The notes beneath the pieces are model-generated. The model did not search any database, was not told the DNA's origin, and worked only from the letters and a program-made list of their open reading frames with translations. Of a stretch of DNA of 64,000 nt, positions 15,533-24,680 are shown one piece after another. The stretch is from an uncultured bacterium. Its GTDB lineage: Bacteria; Verrucomicrobiota; Kiritimatiellia; RFP12; UBA1067. The translations under genes and the position numbers were made by a program. The DNA lies in the NCBI GenBank assembly GCA_942493055.1, contig OW818680.1:4105902-4169901 (forward strand). Reading direction: 5' to 3'. Within the stretch, counting starts at the first letter, position 1. Every line of letters begins with the position of its first letter.

Positions 15533-17815
15533 TTACTTGCCGCTGTTGCGCGGATCAACCTCCGCCGAGATGGACGAGGTGATTCGCAGGGGTTTGCCGC
15601 CGACGCCTCGTATGTCTTTGAAGATCTCGATTTCCATGGTGACGCCGCGGACAAGTTCCTGGCCATTCACCTTCACAGTAAAGATACCACAATCCGGTCC
15701 TTGGAGCAACTCGCCTGCGACATCGACATATTTTTTCTCGCCTGGCCACGTGTAACGCACCCACCTCAGACGCGGTGTGTCGTTCCGGTAAGGACCTGTT
15801 GGAGAGGCCGTGATCGTACCGGAGTCAGGCGGAAGGCGGGATATTTGAGATTCGAACTTAGCACGGAACTGAACATACTGTCCAGTGCCGATGGCGATTC
15901 CGCCGGAAGGCGGCGTGGAGGAGAGGGGGCTGATCGATGCCCAGGCCGGAGCATCCTCGATGTTATAGCCGTTGGCGGAGAGGGAGTTTCCCGAACGGGC
16001 ATAGAGGCGTAAGGCACCGCCACCGCCCGCGGGCATCAGGGACTCCCACGTGATGTTCTTCTGCTTGCCATCAATGTCTGTGGTGTTGAAGACATGGGAG
16101 ATATAGTCCCCCTCGTCCGGGTAGTTGACCACCAGGGATCTCAGCAGGGGGATATAGGATCCGGAGGATGCACTCATCCAGGTCGGGACCTTGGTCATGT
16201 TGATGGCCTCGAGAGGGTTGTCGGCAAATCTGTACCAGCATCCTGCAGGCAGCGTGGGCCTGTTCATGCGCACCATTTCGAGATGATTGATCGTTGCCGG
16301 CCCTGGCGTCACATCCACGACCAGCTGAAGCATGAGGGTGCAGCCCATGGGGATGGAGATGTTACGCTTGGTAGCGTTGTGGAGTTCGACAATCTGTGAC
16401 GGCTGTGCACTGGTTCGCGGCAGCGCATTCGACCAGGTGGTCACGACGCCGTTCTGCCAGCAGCTGAGCGGTATGATGTCCGGAGCTGAGCCGATGAGCG
16501 GCTCCATGGCGGCGTTGTTGATCAATCCGTCAGAAGTCAAGGGCAGTTCACCGGGCGGGATAATGACGAAGGAGGCATGTTTCAGGTCAACCCGGCCATT
16601 CAGATTTCCCTTCATCAGCCGGAAGACAGGGTTGAAGCCGCTCTTCCTGATGCCGTATGCATTGGGTTCCCCTTCCGCGTTGAGGGCTGTATCGGAGAGG
16701 ATGGGGATGCGGATGACGGTGAGGGCGTTGGTGGGGACTGGAAAATAAACCAGCGAGGAGGTGTCGCTCATACCCTGCTCCGTGGCACTCCAGGAGTTCA
16801 GACACGTCCCGTCAAGCTTTGAACAGAGCACGCCGCTATCAAAGCCAGTAGGCTTATAGTTTTCATCAAGACGGACGACTGTGTTGGAAAAAAGGACATT
16901 CCGGGCTTCACCGATGAAAAGACACTCTTCGATCATATCGTTATTCAGCGTGAGGGAAACCTGCTGGCCGTTGGCCGAGGTAGCGGAGAGGAGTCCGTAA
17001 CCGGCACTGGCCAGTCCGACACCGGCATAGACCTTGGGTATGGAGGCTGCATCTGCAAGAAGTTCGGTTTCGATGGGCCATCCGGAGGTGCTCACCATCA
17101 GACGGTCCAGCCCGATTTTGCGTCCTGTGGAGATCGGGTTCTTGTCCACGACCGTGAAGGTGATCTGTTGCGCGCCGGCCTGGATGGGTGTCACGCCGAA
17201 GTTGACACGCGCCTTGGTGTTGGGTGTCGGGGCATAACCATCGAAGCGTGCCTCCGCATGCCAGAGGCGGCCGGTAAAGAGATTTTCAAACATCACCTTC
17301 ATGTTTGCGGTCTCCCCCAGCAGGCAGGCCTCGGTTCCCTGGCCGGCGGAAACGACCTGATCGACTTGGTTGTAGCGCTCATCAAACGTGGCGGCCTGGT
17401 TGCGGTTGACAAATTGCGTACGTCGCATCTGAGGCGGCTTTGAATTCTGGTTAAAAATATGGTACACGATCGTCTGCCGCCAGAGGATGTTGCTCGTCGC
17501 GGGATTCATATCCACAAGTCCGTCGCCGTCCTGGTCTGCCGGCAGCGCAAAAGAGACGGCCTGATAGGGGGCCTGGTTACGCGGATAGAAGATGATGGAG
17601 TCGCGGGAGGTCTTGCTCATCTCTGAGCGGAAATGTTCAATGATGCGCCGGGCTTCCATGTCAAGGGCGGCTTGCGCATTGATCCGGTTGGTCTTCTGCA
17701 TGAAGGAGACCCACGAACTCATGGCCATGCCGACGACCAGGGCTAGGATGCCCACGGACATCGTGAGTTCAATGATGGTGAACCCGCTGGTTTTCAGGTG
17801 TTGTTTGTTTTTCAT
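15533..17815 (-). CDS. Giant (760 aa) PilW/PulJ-like minor pilin with inserted beta domains (cassette 1)
   Basis: TSG/FTIIELTMSVGILALVVG with E5; ends with the pilin-like SAEVDPRN. Confidence 0.8.
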   Translation of the reverse strand: MKNKQHLKTSGFTIIELTMSVGILALVVGMAMSSWVSFMQKTNRINAQAALDMEARRIIEHFRSEMSKTSRDSIIFYPRNQAPYQAVSFALPADQDGDGLVDMNPATSNILWRQTIVYHIFNQNSKPPQMRRTQFVNRNQAATFDERYNQVDQVVSAGQGTEACLLGETANMKVMFENLFTGRLWHAEARFDGYAPTPNTKARVNFGVTPIQAGAQQITFTVVDKNPISTGRKIGLDRLMVSTSGWPIETELLADAASIPKVYAGVGLASAGYGLLSATSANGQQVSLTLNNDMIEECLFIGEARNVLFSNTVVRLDENYKPTGFDSGVLCSKLDGTCLNSWSATEQGMSDTSSLVYFPVPTNALTVIRIPILSDTALNAEGEPNAYGIRKSGFNPVFRLMKGNLNGRVDLKHASFVIIPPGELPLTSDGLINNAAMEPLIGSAPDIIPLSCWQNGVVTTWSNALPRTSAQPSQIVELHNATKRNISIPMGCTLMLQLVVDVTPGPATINHLEMVRMNRPTLPAGCWYRFADNPLEAINMTKVPTWMSASSGSYIPLLRSLVVNYPDEGDYISHVFNTTDIDGKQKNITWESLMPAGGGGALRLYARSGNSLSANGYNIEDAPAWASISPLSSTPPSGGIAIGTGQYVQFRAKFESQISRLPPDSGTITASPTGPYRNDTPRLRWVRYTWPGEKKYVDVAGELLQGPDCGIFTVKVNGQELVRGVTMEIEIFKDIRGVGGKPLRITSSISAEVDPRNSGK

Positions 17816-17857
17816 GGCATAAACCTTTCAAGGCGCTCAGAGGTCGGTCAACACCGG

Positions 17858-18331
17858 CTACTTGTTGTACTGGGTGAAGATGTAGTTCAGCTCCTCTTTT
17901 TCATCTGTAAACTTGCAGGAGAACGATCTGCTCCGTATCGGGTGGAAGGCCTTGCGCCAGCCGTATCGGGAGCAGATGCAGATATAGGTCGTGACGGTCA
18001 TGGTGGAGAGCCCTGCGGAGGGGCTGTTCGTGGCGACAAGGGTTGTCCGTTTAAAACGGCCGCCCGGCTCGATGTTGCCCATGTCATTCAAGTAAGCAGG
18101 GCGGTTGACAGGCTCTTCAAGAAGTTGCAGGTCGCCCAGGGGGATCATCCGGGCCCGTTCGATGCGCGACTGACAGAGGGAGGTGGCGATATAATGGTCA
18201 CGTGCCATCTGGAAGCGACCGACCATGCCGTCAATGAGCGGGATCACGCTGATGATGACGACCATGAGGATCGCTCCGGCGAAGGTCATCTCCAAGAGGG
18301 ACATTCCCTTTTTTTTAGTGGAAATATTCAT
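17858..18331 (-). CDS. PilV-like minor pilin (cassette 1)
   Basis: KKG/MSLLEMTFAGAILMVVIISV with E5; YIATSLCQSRIERAR. Confidence 0.8.
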   Translation of the reverse strand: MNISTKKKGMSLLEMTFAGAILMVVIISVIPLIDGMVGRFQMARDHYIATSLCQSRIERARMIPLGDLQLLEEPVNRPAYLNDMGNIEPGGRFKRTTLVATNSPSAGLSTMTVTTYICICSRYGWRKAFHPIRSRSFSCKFTDEKEELNYIFTQYNK

Positions 18332-18398
18332 AGCTCCAACACTCCTCTCAAACCTGTTTCAGATTCTCTAACGATAAGCATACCACCCTTCGGCCTCA

Positions 18399-19466
18399 CT
18401 ATTCAAGGGGGTTTTCTTCCGCGCATCGGCTGTTCATCTTCACCAATTGTTCGCGCATGTCGAGTATCGTGTCATAACAGAGCGCAATCATCTCTTTGCG
18501 CTGGGCGTCATCAATGCCAGACTCCAGCTTCAGCAGTTCGATGCTGGTGAGCAGGACCGTGGTGGGTTGCGTGAGCGCATGGCAAATAGAGCCCAGGCTC
18601 TCCAGGACGGTACGGTTCCGGGCGGCCTGCTGCTCTGCAATCTCCATGCGCCGGCGCTCGGCAATGTCCCGTATCGACAGCACCATGCCCGTAAGCTCGT
18701 TGTCTGCGTTGATGTCGGGCACGGCAGAAAGGCTGAAGCAGCAGCTCCGCTGCCCCATGATCACGCTGTGTTCGCCAGACCAGCACTCGCGTTTAGCAAT
18801 CTGTTCCAGGAGAGGCTCAATCACGGTCTCCGCGTCAAACCAGGCCGTCAGCGGTTTTCCGAGGATGGCGGCCTCGTCACCCTCTGCCAGCAACTTGGTC
18901 ATCATGCGGTTCGAATAGATGATAATCCCCTGCATGTTGACAATGCCGATACCGGAATCGGTATTGTCCATGGCGTGATAAGCCGAATTGAGGTTCTGCT
19001 CGGTCTGCCAACGGGACTGAATATTTTTGATCAGGCAGCAGAACCGGTCGGTCTCTCCTAATCCGTTCCCGGTAATCACCAGCTCGACAGCGTTCATCTC
19101 GCCGCTTTTCAGCATGCCAAACGCCTGGATCCGCATGTGCTGGCCCCGCCGGACAGTCTCCCGGATCGTGGCCAGAAGCATCTCGTTCAGTCCGGCGATC
19201 ACCATGGGGAGCGTCAATTGTGAAAGCTCCTCTTCCGAGTACCCGAAAAACTCAAGGGCGCGATTGTTCCAGGTCAGGATATGCCCGTCCGGGTCTGTCA
19301 GCAGAATGGCGTCATAGGCGCGTTCAAATAAAAAACGGTAGTCAATCTGACTTAACAGGTCCTGGGCCCGGTTTAATCGTTCACTGCGCTGCAAAGGCTT
19401 GATATCGCATGCGAGTGTACGGATGTCAATTTTGATGGTCCGTGATGATAAGTTTGACGTATTCAT
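18399..19466 (-). CDS. Cytoplasmic PAS-PAS-HisKA protein lacking the HATPase_c domain
   Basis: PAS motifs DAILLTDPDGHILTWNNRALEFFGY and SGIGIVNMQGIIIYSN; terminal ICHALTQPTTVLLTSIELL, then stop. Confidence 0.8.
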   Translation of the reverse strand: MNTSNLSSRTIKIDIRTLACDIKPLQRSERLNRAQDLLSQIDYRFLFERAYDAILLTDPDGHILTWNNRALEFFGYSEEELSQLTLPMVIAGLNEMLLATIRETVRRGQHMRIQAFGMLKSGEMNAVELVITGNGLGETDRFCCLIKNIQSRWQTEQNLNSAYHAMDNTDSGIGIVNMQGIIIYSNRMMTKLLAEGDEAAILGKPLTAWFDAETVIEPLLEQIAKRECWSGEHSVIMGQRSCCFSLSAVPDINADNELTGMVLSIRDIAERRRMEIAEQQAARNRTVLESLGSICHALTQPTTVLLTSIELLKLESGIDDAQRKEMIALCYDTILDMREQLVKMNSRCAEENPLE

Positions 19467-19482
19467 ACTTTTACTTTAAAGG

Positions 19483-19498
19483 AGCATAAAATATGCCA
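19483..19498 (-). promoter_or_regulatory. sigma54 promoter of the PAS-HisKA / minor-pilin cassette 1 operon
   Basis: Minus strand reads TGGCATATTTTATGCT (GG-N10-GC), 18 nt before the ATG at 19466. Confidence 0.7.
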
Positions 19499-19563
19499 GT
19501 GGCGTATGGGCTGATATTCCATCCGGGTTTGGCTGTTCTAGGCTGAAAACGGTCCGCCCTGCT

Positions 19564-19597
19564 TCTCATTTATGCGAACAAGGTTTCATGTTTGCGA
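19564..19597 (-). promoter_or_regulatory. Tandem UAS matching the pilA enhancer motif
   Basis: Minus strand reads TCGCA-AACA-TGAAA (19597-19584) and TCGCA-TAAA-TGAGA (19577-19564), 20 bp apart. Confidence 0.65.
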
Positions 19598-19627
19598 AAG
19601 AGGCGCGGCTTGCCTGTAACTTCAAAC

Positions 19628-19783
19628 TGGAATGTTGGAATAAGGGGAATGGTGGAGTGATGGGGTTTGAGACGGGATGCCGGTTCTGGGAAGGACGGCC
19701 GAGCGCCGTCCGGCGATCGGCCCGAGCGCTCTCCCGATAGGGGCTTCTTCCTGTATTCCATTATTCCGTCATTCCATTGTTCC
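19628..19783. repeat. Nested element: GGAAT-rich / ATTCC-rich arms enclosing a 54-nt double-hairpin REP-like unit (19686-19739)
   Basis: TGGAATGTTGGAATAAGGGGAATGG ... TTCCATTATTCCGTCATTCCATTGTTCC. The inner unit is the reverse complement of 40708-40761 at 46/54 identity (hand alignment). Confidence 0.7.
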
Positions 19784-19888
19784 TTTTCAAGGTGCTCCTT
19801 CGTTTTTGTCCAATTCCTAGTTTCAAGTCTGCCGTCTCCAGCCCCCGTGTATGGCCTTTTGGCATTATGGTGTCCAAGATTCGAATTT

Positions 19889-19909
19889 TGGCATGAAATA
19901 TGCTATTAT
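19889..19909 (+). promoter_or_regulatory. Candidate sigma54 promoter overlapping an extended -10, for the pilMNOPQ-like operon
   Basis: TGGCATGAAATATGCT (GG-N10-GC) continues as TGCTATTAT; ATG at 19919. Confidence 0.6.
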
Positions 19910-19918
19910 TTGCTAACC

Positions 19919-20932
19919 ATGAGTGTTATCAAATTACCTCCAGGCCTAGCTTCGCTGTTGAAAAAAAAGTACACGGATGTTGTCGGCCTTGAGCTGGGAT
20001 CTGGGTTGTCGGGAGTTCCGGCTGTCAGGCTGGTGAGGGGCAAGCAGGGCGTTGAGATCAAGGCGATCGGGATCCTTGATCTGCTGGACACGATGCCCCA
20101 GGCTCTGGAGGCGGTCACCTCTGATCGGCCGATCTGGAATCTGCCCAAGGCGTTCTGTTCCCCCAATGCGGCGCTGGCCGTAACCTCGAAGTTGAGTTTT
20201 CTGAGGCACACGTCAGGGGTGAACGAAGAGATTCCTGAAAAGAAGCAGTGCGTTTACCGGGACATCCGCCGCGCCTTTGGCTCGGATATGCCGGAGCTGG
20301 TGGCCGGGCTGCCGGAGTTTCAGGCTGTGTGGGCCTCCGGGCTCTTTCCGGAAGGCCGTTCGCCGACCGCCTGTTCGCTCCAGATCTCTCAGCTGGCGAT
20401 TATGGGCGGCTTTAACCACCATCCGGTTGTCAAGGCAGCGGCCGGTTCGAGCGTTGCGCTTTTCGTCTCGTCTCAGAGCACGACGATTGTGGCGTTTCAG
20501 AATCGGCTCCCGGTGCTTTATCGTGACTATCCCCTGGGCGCGTCACATATCCAGCAGGAGGTGGCTGCCAAAATGCAGTTATCCCCGATCCTGGTGCAGC
20601 AGCTGCTGGAAGAGGATGCCATGGATGCCTCCCCCTATTTCGAGCCGATCCTGAAACCCTTGATTCGCCAGATCGAAATTATGAACGATTACTTGTCGCG
20701 CCGTCGCAATGCCCCTGCCAGCAACTTCTTTATCTCCGGCCCCTTGATCGGGGGGCGCTATTGGAATTCCATCTTCCAGAAAATGATCGGCAAGGGGTTG
20801 ATATACTGTCGTCCTTTCGAAGGCATACCCCTGGCGAAGGATGCGGTGGTGATGCCTGACAAGCTAGCCGATGTCGAGTCGCTGTTTACCAGTGCCATAG
20901 GTGGCGCATTAGCTGTGATGGAGGTGTCATGA
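19919..20932 (+). CDS. PilM-like alignment-complex protein (divergent)
   Basis: VVGLELGSG N-terminus, LGASHIQQEVA, first gene of a four-gene run before the secretin. Start moved from 19667 to ATG at 19919. Confidence 0.7.
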   Translation: MSVIKLPPGLASLLKKKYTDVVGLELGSGLSGVPAVRLVRGKQGVEIKAIGILDLLDTMPQALEAVTSDRPIWNLPKAFCSPNAALAVTSKLSFLRHTSGVNEEIPEKKQCVYRDIRRAFGSDMPELVAGLPEFQAVWASGLFPEGRSPTACSLQISQLAIMGGFNHHPVVKAAAGSSVALFVSSQSTTIVAFQNRLPVLYRDYPLGASHIQQEVAAKMQLSPILVQQLLEEDAMDASPYFEPILKPLIRQIEIMNDYLSRRRNAPASNFFISGPLIGGRYWNSIFQKMIGKGLIYCRPFEGIPLAKDAVVMPDKLADVESLFTSAIGGALAVMEVS

Positions 20933-21639
20933 ACAATACAAACGCACTCCATTTTGATTTTCTCCTGGATTCTGAACGTTTCAGTTCGAGTCCCTTGCGG
21001 TTACGTTTCATTGTGCCTGTCCTGGGGTTGCTCTGCCTGCTGGCGCCCCTGGCTGTGTGGCTGCAGGAATCCTCGCAGGTGGAGGGGATCGCTTCAAAAA
21101 AACAGCTCCTTGAGACGGAGATAGCCCAGTTGAAAGCGAGTCATGAAGGGGTCTTGAAGGAGATGGCCGAGGAGAAGGAGATCCAGGCGCAGCTCAAGCA
21201 GCTCGGGTTCTATCGGAACTCAAAGTGTCTGGTCGGGGCGACGCTGGCCGGCCTGACCAATTGCGTGTCGAGCCGTATACAGTTAACCAGGCTCGAACTC
21301 CAGACGAAGATGCCCCCTCCTTTGTTCAGTGGCCCTCAAGTGCGTCCGGCGAACGCCATGGAGTTGTCGAAGCTCTGCCCGACAAACCTAATGGATGTTG
21401 TGACGCTCCGGTTCTCCGGACGCTCGATTCAGACCGGCGGAAACCCCGTCGAGGTGAATCGCTTTTTGCAGGCCCTTCAAGGAAACGCGTTCGCATCCTT
21501 GATCAGCCCGGCGCGGAAACCGAAAGTCACCTTCCAGGAAGAGGCCTCTTCTTTCGCATCTCGCCAGGGGAACGCGCCCTCACAAGAGACCGTCTCCTTT
21601 GAAATAACGTATGAATGCTTGCCTCGGAGGTTTGAATGA
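20929..21639 (+). CDS. PilN-like protein
   Basis: N-terminal TM, coiled coil, then a ferredoxin-like segment (IQLTRLEL...LRFSG); overlaps both neighbours by 4 nt. Confidence 0.65.
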   Translation: MNNTNALHFDFLLDSERFSSSPLRLRFIVPVLGLLCLLAPLAVWLQESSQVEGIASKKQLLETEIAQLKASHEGVLKEMAEEKEIQAQLKQLGFYRNSKCLVGATLAGLTNCVSSRIQLTRLELQTKMPPPLFSGPQVRPANAMELSKLCPTNLMDVVTLRFSGRSIQTGGNPVEVNRFLQALQGNAFASLISPARKPKVTFQEEASSFASRQGNAPSQETVSFEITYECLPRRFE

Positions 21640-22271
21640 GCCTATCCGTTGACTCTCTAAAAAAGATTTCAAAACCGCTGCTCTTCTCCTTTGCTGTGAC
21701 GGGGATCTCCATGCTGGGCGGAATCGCGGTCATCGCCTTTTTGATTCTCCCGGTGCGTGCGCGCAGTGTCATGGTGCGCAGTGAGGTCAGTGGCTTGGAG
21801 CTGACGCTGGCGAAAATGAAGGCTGACATCAAGTGCATGGGTGAGGTCACGAAGCGGACAGCGCTGATCCGGGCGGAATTGGAACAGGTGATCAAGACAG
21901 GGATCCTGAAACCGGAAGAGCTTTCGAATTCCATGCGAATGGGGGCGAAATCGCTGCTGACGCCGCTTGCGCAGAAGGCCGATTTTAACCTGGAGAACGT
22001 GAAAGAGTCCCCCTCAATCCTGTTGCGCCTGCCCACGCCGGCCCCGAATACGATCTATGCGAGACAGCCGATCGAGTGCATCGGCCAGGGCTCCTTCCTG
22101 GAGATTATGAGCTTCATCCAGGAAACGGAAGAAACCTACCCCTTGACAATTCTTTCTGGATTGGTTATCCTTTCACAACCGCAGACACCAGAGTGTCATA
22201 AGGCGGTCATCACGTTTGAGTGGCCAGTGAAACATGAATGGTTGCAATCAGGCCCCGCAGGTCAGAAATAA
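21636..22271 (+). CDS. PilO-like protein
   Basis: TM, coiled coil, GSFLEIMSFIQETE (resembles the PilO G.Y..l..Fl..le pattern); synteny. Confidence 0.65.
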   Translation: MSLSVDSLKKISKPLLFSFAVTGISMLGGIAVIAFLILPVRARSVMVRSEVSGLELTLAKMKADIKCMGEVTKRTALIRAELEQVIKTGILKPEELSNSMRMGAKSLLTPLAQKADFNLENVKESPSILLRLPTPAPNTIYARQPIECIGQGSFLEIMSFIQETEETYPLTILSGLVILSQPQTPECHKAVITFEWPVKHEWLQSGPAGQK

Positions 22272-22286
22272 AAGAAAGGGGGGACG

Positions 22287-22694
22287 ATGATGAAGCTGAA
22301 CAAGATGGTCATGTGCGGAGGGTTTTGTGTGGCCCTCGCCTGGGCTTTCACGTCACTTGCACGTGACCCCTTCTTTCCGATCGGATATGAACTCAAGAAG
22401 GATCTGCCGCCCGTCGTCACTCCCCCAGCCGTCATTGACGTTCCTGTGAGTCAGCCTCCCAAGCAGAAGCCAAGAGAGATCACCTCCGAGGACTGGGATG
22501 CAGCACGTAAGCTTTTACAGATGACTGGCTTTGCAGTCGCCGGGGACCGGCAGGTTGTTTTGATCAACGGAAAGTCATATCGCATTGGAGACAAAATTTC
22601 AATCACGTACCAACGGGTTGTTTTTACGTGGCGTGTCGATATCCCTGCGGAGCGCAAATTGAATCTTGTACCCGTGGAAGCGGTGCGATTGTAA
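22287..22694 (+). CDS. PilP-like protein
   Basis: Signal peptide, RDPFFP motif, VVLINGKSYRIGDKI; immediately before the secretin. Confidence 0.6.
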   Translation: MMKLNKMVMCGGFCVALAWAFTSLARDPFFPIGYELKKDLPPVVTPPAVIDVPVSQPPKQKPREITSEDWDAARKLLQMTGFAVAGDRQVVLINGKSYRIGDKISITYQRVVFTWRVDIPAERKLNLVPVEAVRL

Positions 22695-22775
22695 TCCCGG
22701 ACAATTGGGCTTGTTCGAGACGAGGGTTGTGTAGAATGGTTAACAAAGGGTGTAAAACCTAAAAAGGAGTAAGCG

Positions 22776-24596
22776 ATGAATAAGATGAATTCAAGTGGTT
22801 ACTGTGTATTAGCCAGTCTTTTTTTTGCTAGTACGACATGTCTGATGGCTCAGGAAGCAGTCCAGGTTATTGAGACGGAGAAACCGAAGGAGGTTACCGT
22901 TAACATTACGGCCACACCGGTGACACCCGCCACGCCCGCAAAGGCCCTGGGTGTTGAAGTGCCGATCACGTTGACCTTCGACAATACGCCGCTCCTCGAT
23001 GTGATTAAGGCGTTCCGTGACACGACGGGCGCTAATCTCGTCACAACAGGAACCAATCTGAACACAGTCGCGATCAGCATGCGTCTGGATAACGTGCCCT
23101 GGAAGCAGGGTCTTGATTCGATCTTGATCCCCCAAGGCCTGGAAGCGGTTGAACAGCCTGCGGGAACCGGGATCTATCTCATCCGAAACAAATCAACCGA
23201 TATTCCTAAGTTCACGAAGGCGTTTAAGCTCTCCTTTGCGCGTGCAGCGGATATTGCTCAGCTCTTTAAGACGACCTTCGACCTGTCCATGCCGCTTCCA
23301 ACAGGGCCTGCCCCTGTCGGCGCCGCCATCAATGGCACGGTTTCGGCATTTCCCTCCGCCAATACCGTGATTGTGACAGCAACGCAGCAACAACTGGACG
23401 AATGCGAAAAGGTCCTGGCGCAAATCGATGTGCAGCGTCCCCAAGTCTATATCGAGGCTCGCTTTATCGAACTCTCGGCAAGCGCGAGTCGCGAATTAGG
23501 ACTCAAATGGAATGGTTTGGGCGGAGACGGGTGGGGCGTCAGTTTTGACGGTGCCTCCTTTGGTGCCAGCCATTCCCGGAATCGCGACAACACCCGGACC
23601 AGCACACGGGGACGGACAGGCTCTGCTACCTCCACAAGCTCAGACCATTTCGAGAATGCCATTCGTGATATCATTACAGATGACACCGCTTCTTCAGAAG
23701 TGAACACAGGGAATACAGTCGCGAACACGTTTACGGAACTCCGGGAGCAGACCTTCTCGGGCTCGCTCTCCGCCGATGCGTTCTCCCTTGCGCTGAATGC
23801 CTTTGAGAGTTTGGATGATGTAGCGTGGTTCTCCAATCCGAGGGTGATTATTGGGAATGAAGAGCAGGCGACCATTGACATGACAGTGAAGGAACCTAAC
23901 GTGACCGTCCGCTCAACCCGCACAGGCGTGAATATGGATCAGTTGGATATCACCACGGAACTGGCCATCATTCCTGGCAAGAACGAATTGAATGTCGGCG
24001 AAGCATTCTTTAGTTACGGCATTACCCTGAAGGTCACACCGCGTGTCAGCCCCACGGGTTTGATCACGGTGGTCATCGAGCCGGCCATCAGCAGCAAGAT
24101 CGGGACATACGAGATCACGGACGACAAGAGCATACCGCTGCCGAGGTATCCGATCATCGATGTGAAGCGCATCAATACGACCTTCACGATGAATGATGGC
24201 TATACAGCCGTGATCGGCGGCTTGACCAGGACTAAAGAGAATTCGGTGGACTCCGGCATACCCTATCTGCGGCGGATTCCTTTTCTGGGTGAGTATCTGT
24301 TTGGACAGAAGAGCCGAACGAAAGAGCAAACAGAAATCATTGTGTTTGTCACGGTCGGCATTACTGAGCCTGCGACCATGAAGCGGGACGCGGGATTGCC
24401 CAAGAACGCTGTTCTGGGTCGCGAGTACGTTACAGGTTCGCGCAAGGAGCCCGGCGATCGTACGAGGACTGATTTGCTCGGCCTGACCATGGCCCCGGTT
24501 GACAAGGAAGAGAAGGGTGAAACGAGAACAGAAGAAGAGATCAATAAAGCAACCGAGAATGTGAAGCCTGATGCTGCTCCTGTGCCAGCTCCATAA
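22776..24596 (+). CDS. pilQ: Secretin (PilQ/GspD family)
   Basis: STN-like N domain, DVQRPQVYIEARFIE, GITLKVTPRV, AVIGGL, GIPYLRRIPFLGEYLF, EIIVFVT. Confidence 0.92.
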   Translation: MNKMNSSGYCVLASLFFASTTCLMAQEAVQVIETEKPKEVTVNITATPVTPATPAKALGVEVPITLTFDNTPLLDVIKAFRDTTGANLVTTGTNLNTVAISMRLDNVPWKQGLDSILIPQGLEAVEQPAGTGIYLIRNKSTDIPKFTKAFKLSFARAADIAQLFKTTFDLSMPLPTGPAPVGAAINGTVSAFPSANTVIVTATQQQLDECEKVLAQIDVQRPQVYIEARFIELSASASRELGLKWNGLGGDGWGVSFDGASFGASHSRNRDNTRTSTRGRTGSATSTSSDHFENAIRDIITDDTASSEVNTGNTVANTFTELREQTFSGSLSADAFSLALNAFESLDDVAWFSNPRVIIGNEEQATIDMTVKEPNVTVRSTRTGVNMDQLDITTELAIIPGKNELNVGEAFFSYGITLKVTPRVSPTGLITVVIEPAISSKIGTYEITDDKSIPLPRYPIIDVKRINTTFTMNDGYTAVIGGLTRTKENSVDSGIPYLRRIPFLGEYLFGQKSRTKEQTEIIVFVTVGITEPATMKRDAGLPKNAVLGREYVTGSRKEPGDRTRTDLLGLTMAPVDKEEKGETRTEEEINKATENVKPDAAPVPAP

Positions 24597-24606
24597 GTCT
24601 AGAATG

Positions 24607-24644
24607 AAAAGAGGGAGGCGCTGAACAGCCCTCTCTCTCTTTTT
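24607..24644 (+). terminator. Probable intrinsic terminator after the secretin gene
   Basis: AAAAGAGGGAGG-C-GCTG-AA-CAGC-CCTCTCTCTC-TTTTT imperfect stem with a T tail. Confidence 0.6.
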
Positions 24645-24680
24645 ACATGCTCATTGAACGTTAAACGTTAGGAGTCTGCA

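Noticed and set aside
15987-15999. Additional tttcccgaacggg motif copy
   Set aside because: It lies inside the pilW-like CDS (reverse strand encodes ARSGN) with no -35/-10 context; treated as coincidental.
19667-19918. N-terminal extension of the PilM-like ORF
   Set aside because: It translates repeat elements and promoter DNA; ATG 19919 follows the promoter. ORF-track extensions at 10829, 31582, 33499, 35238, 38069, 40932, 48210, 56463 and 61733 were trimmed for similar reasons.
22711-22737. Internal sigma70 promoter for pilQ (TTGTTC...TAGAAT)
   Set aside because: The 15-nt spacer and weak -35 are insufficient support.
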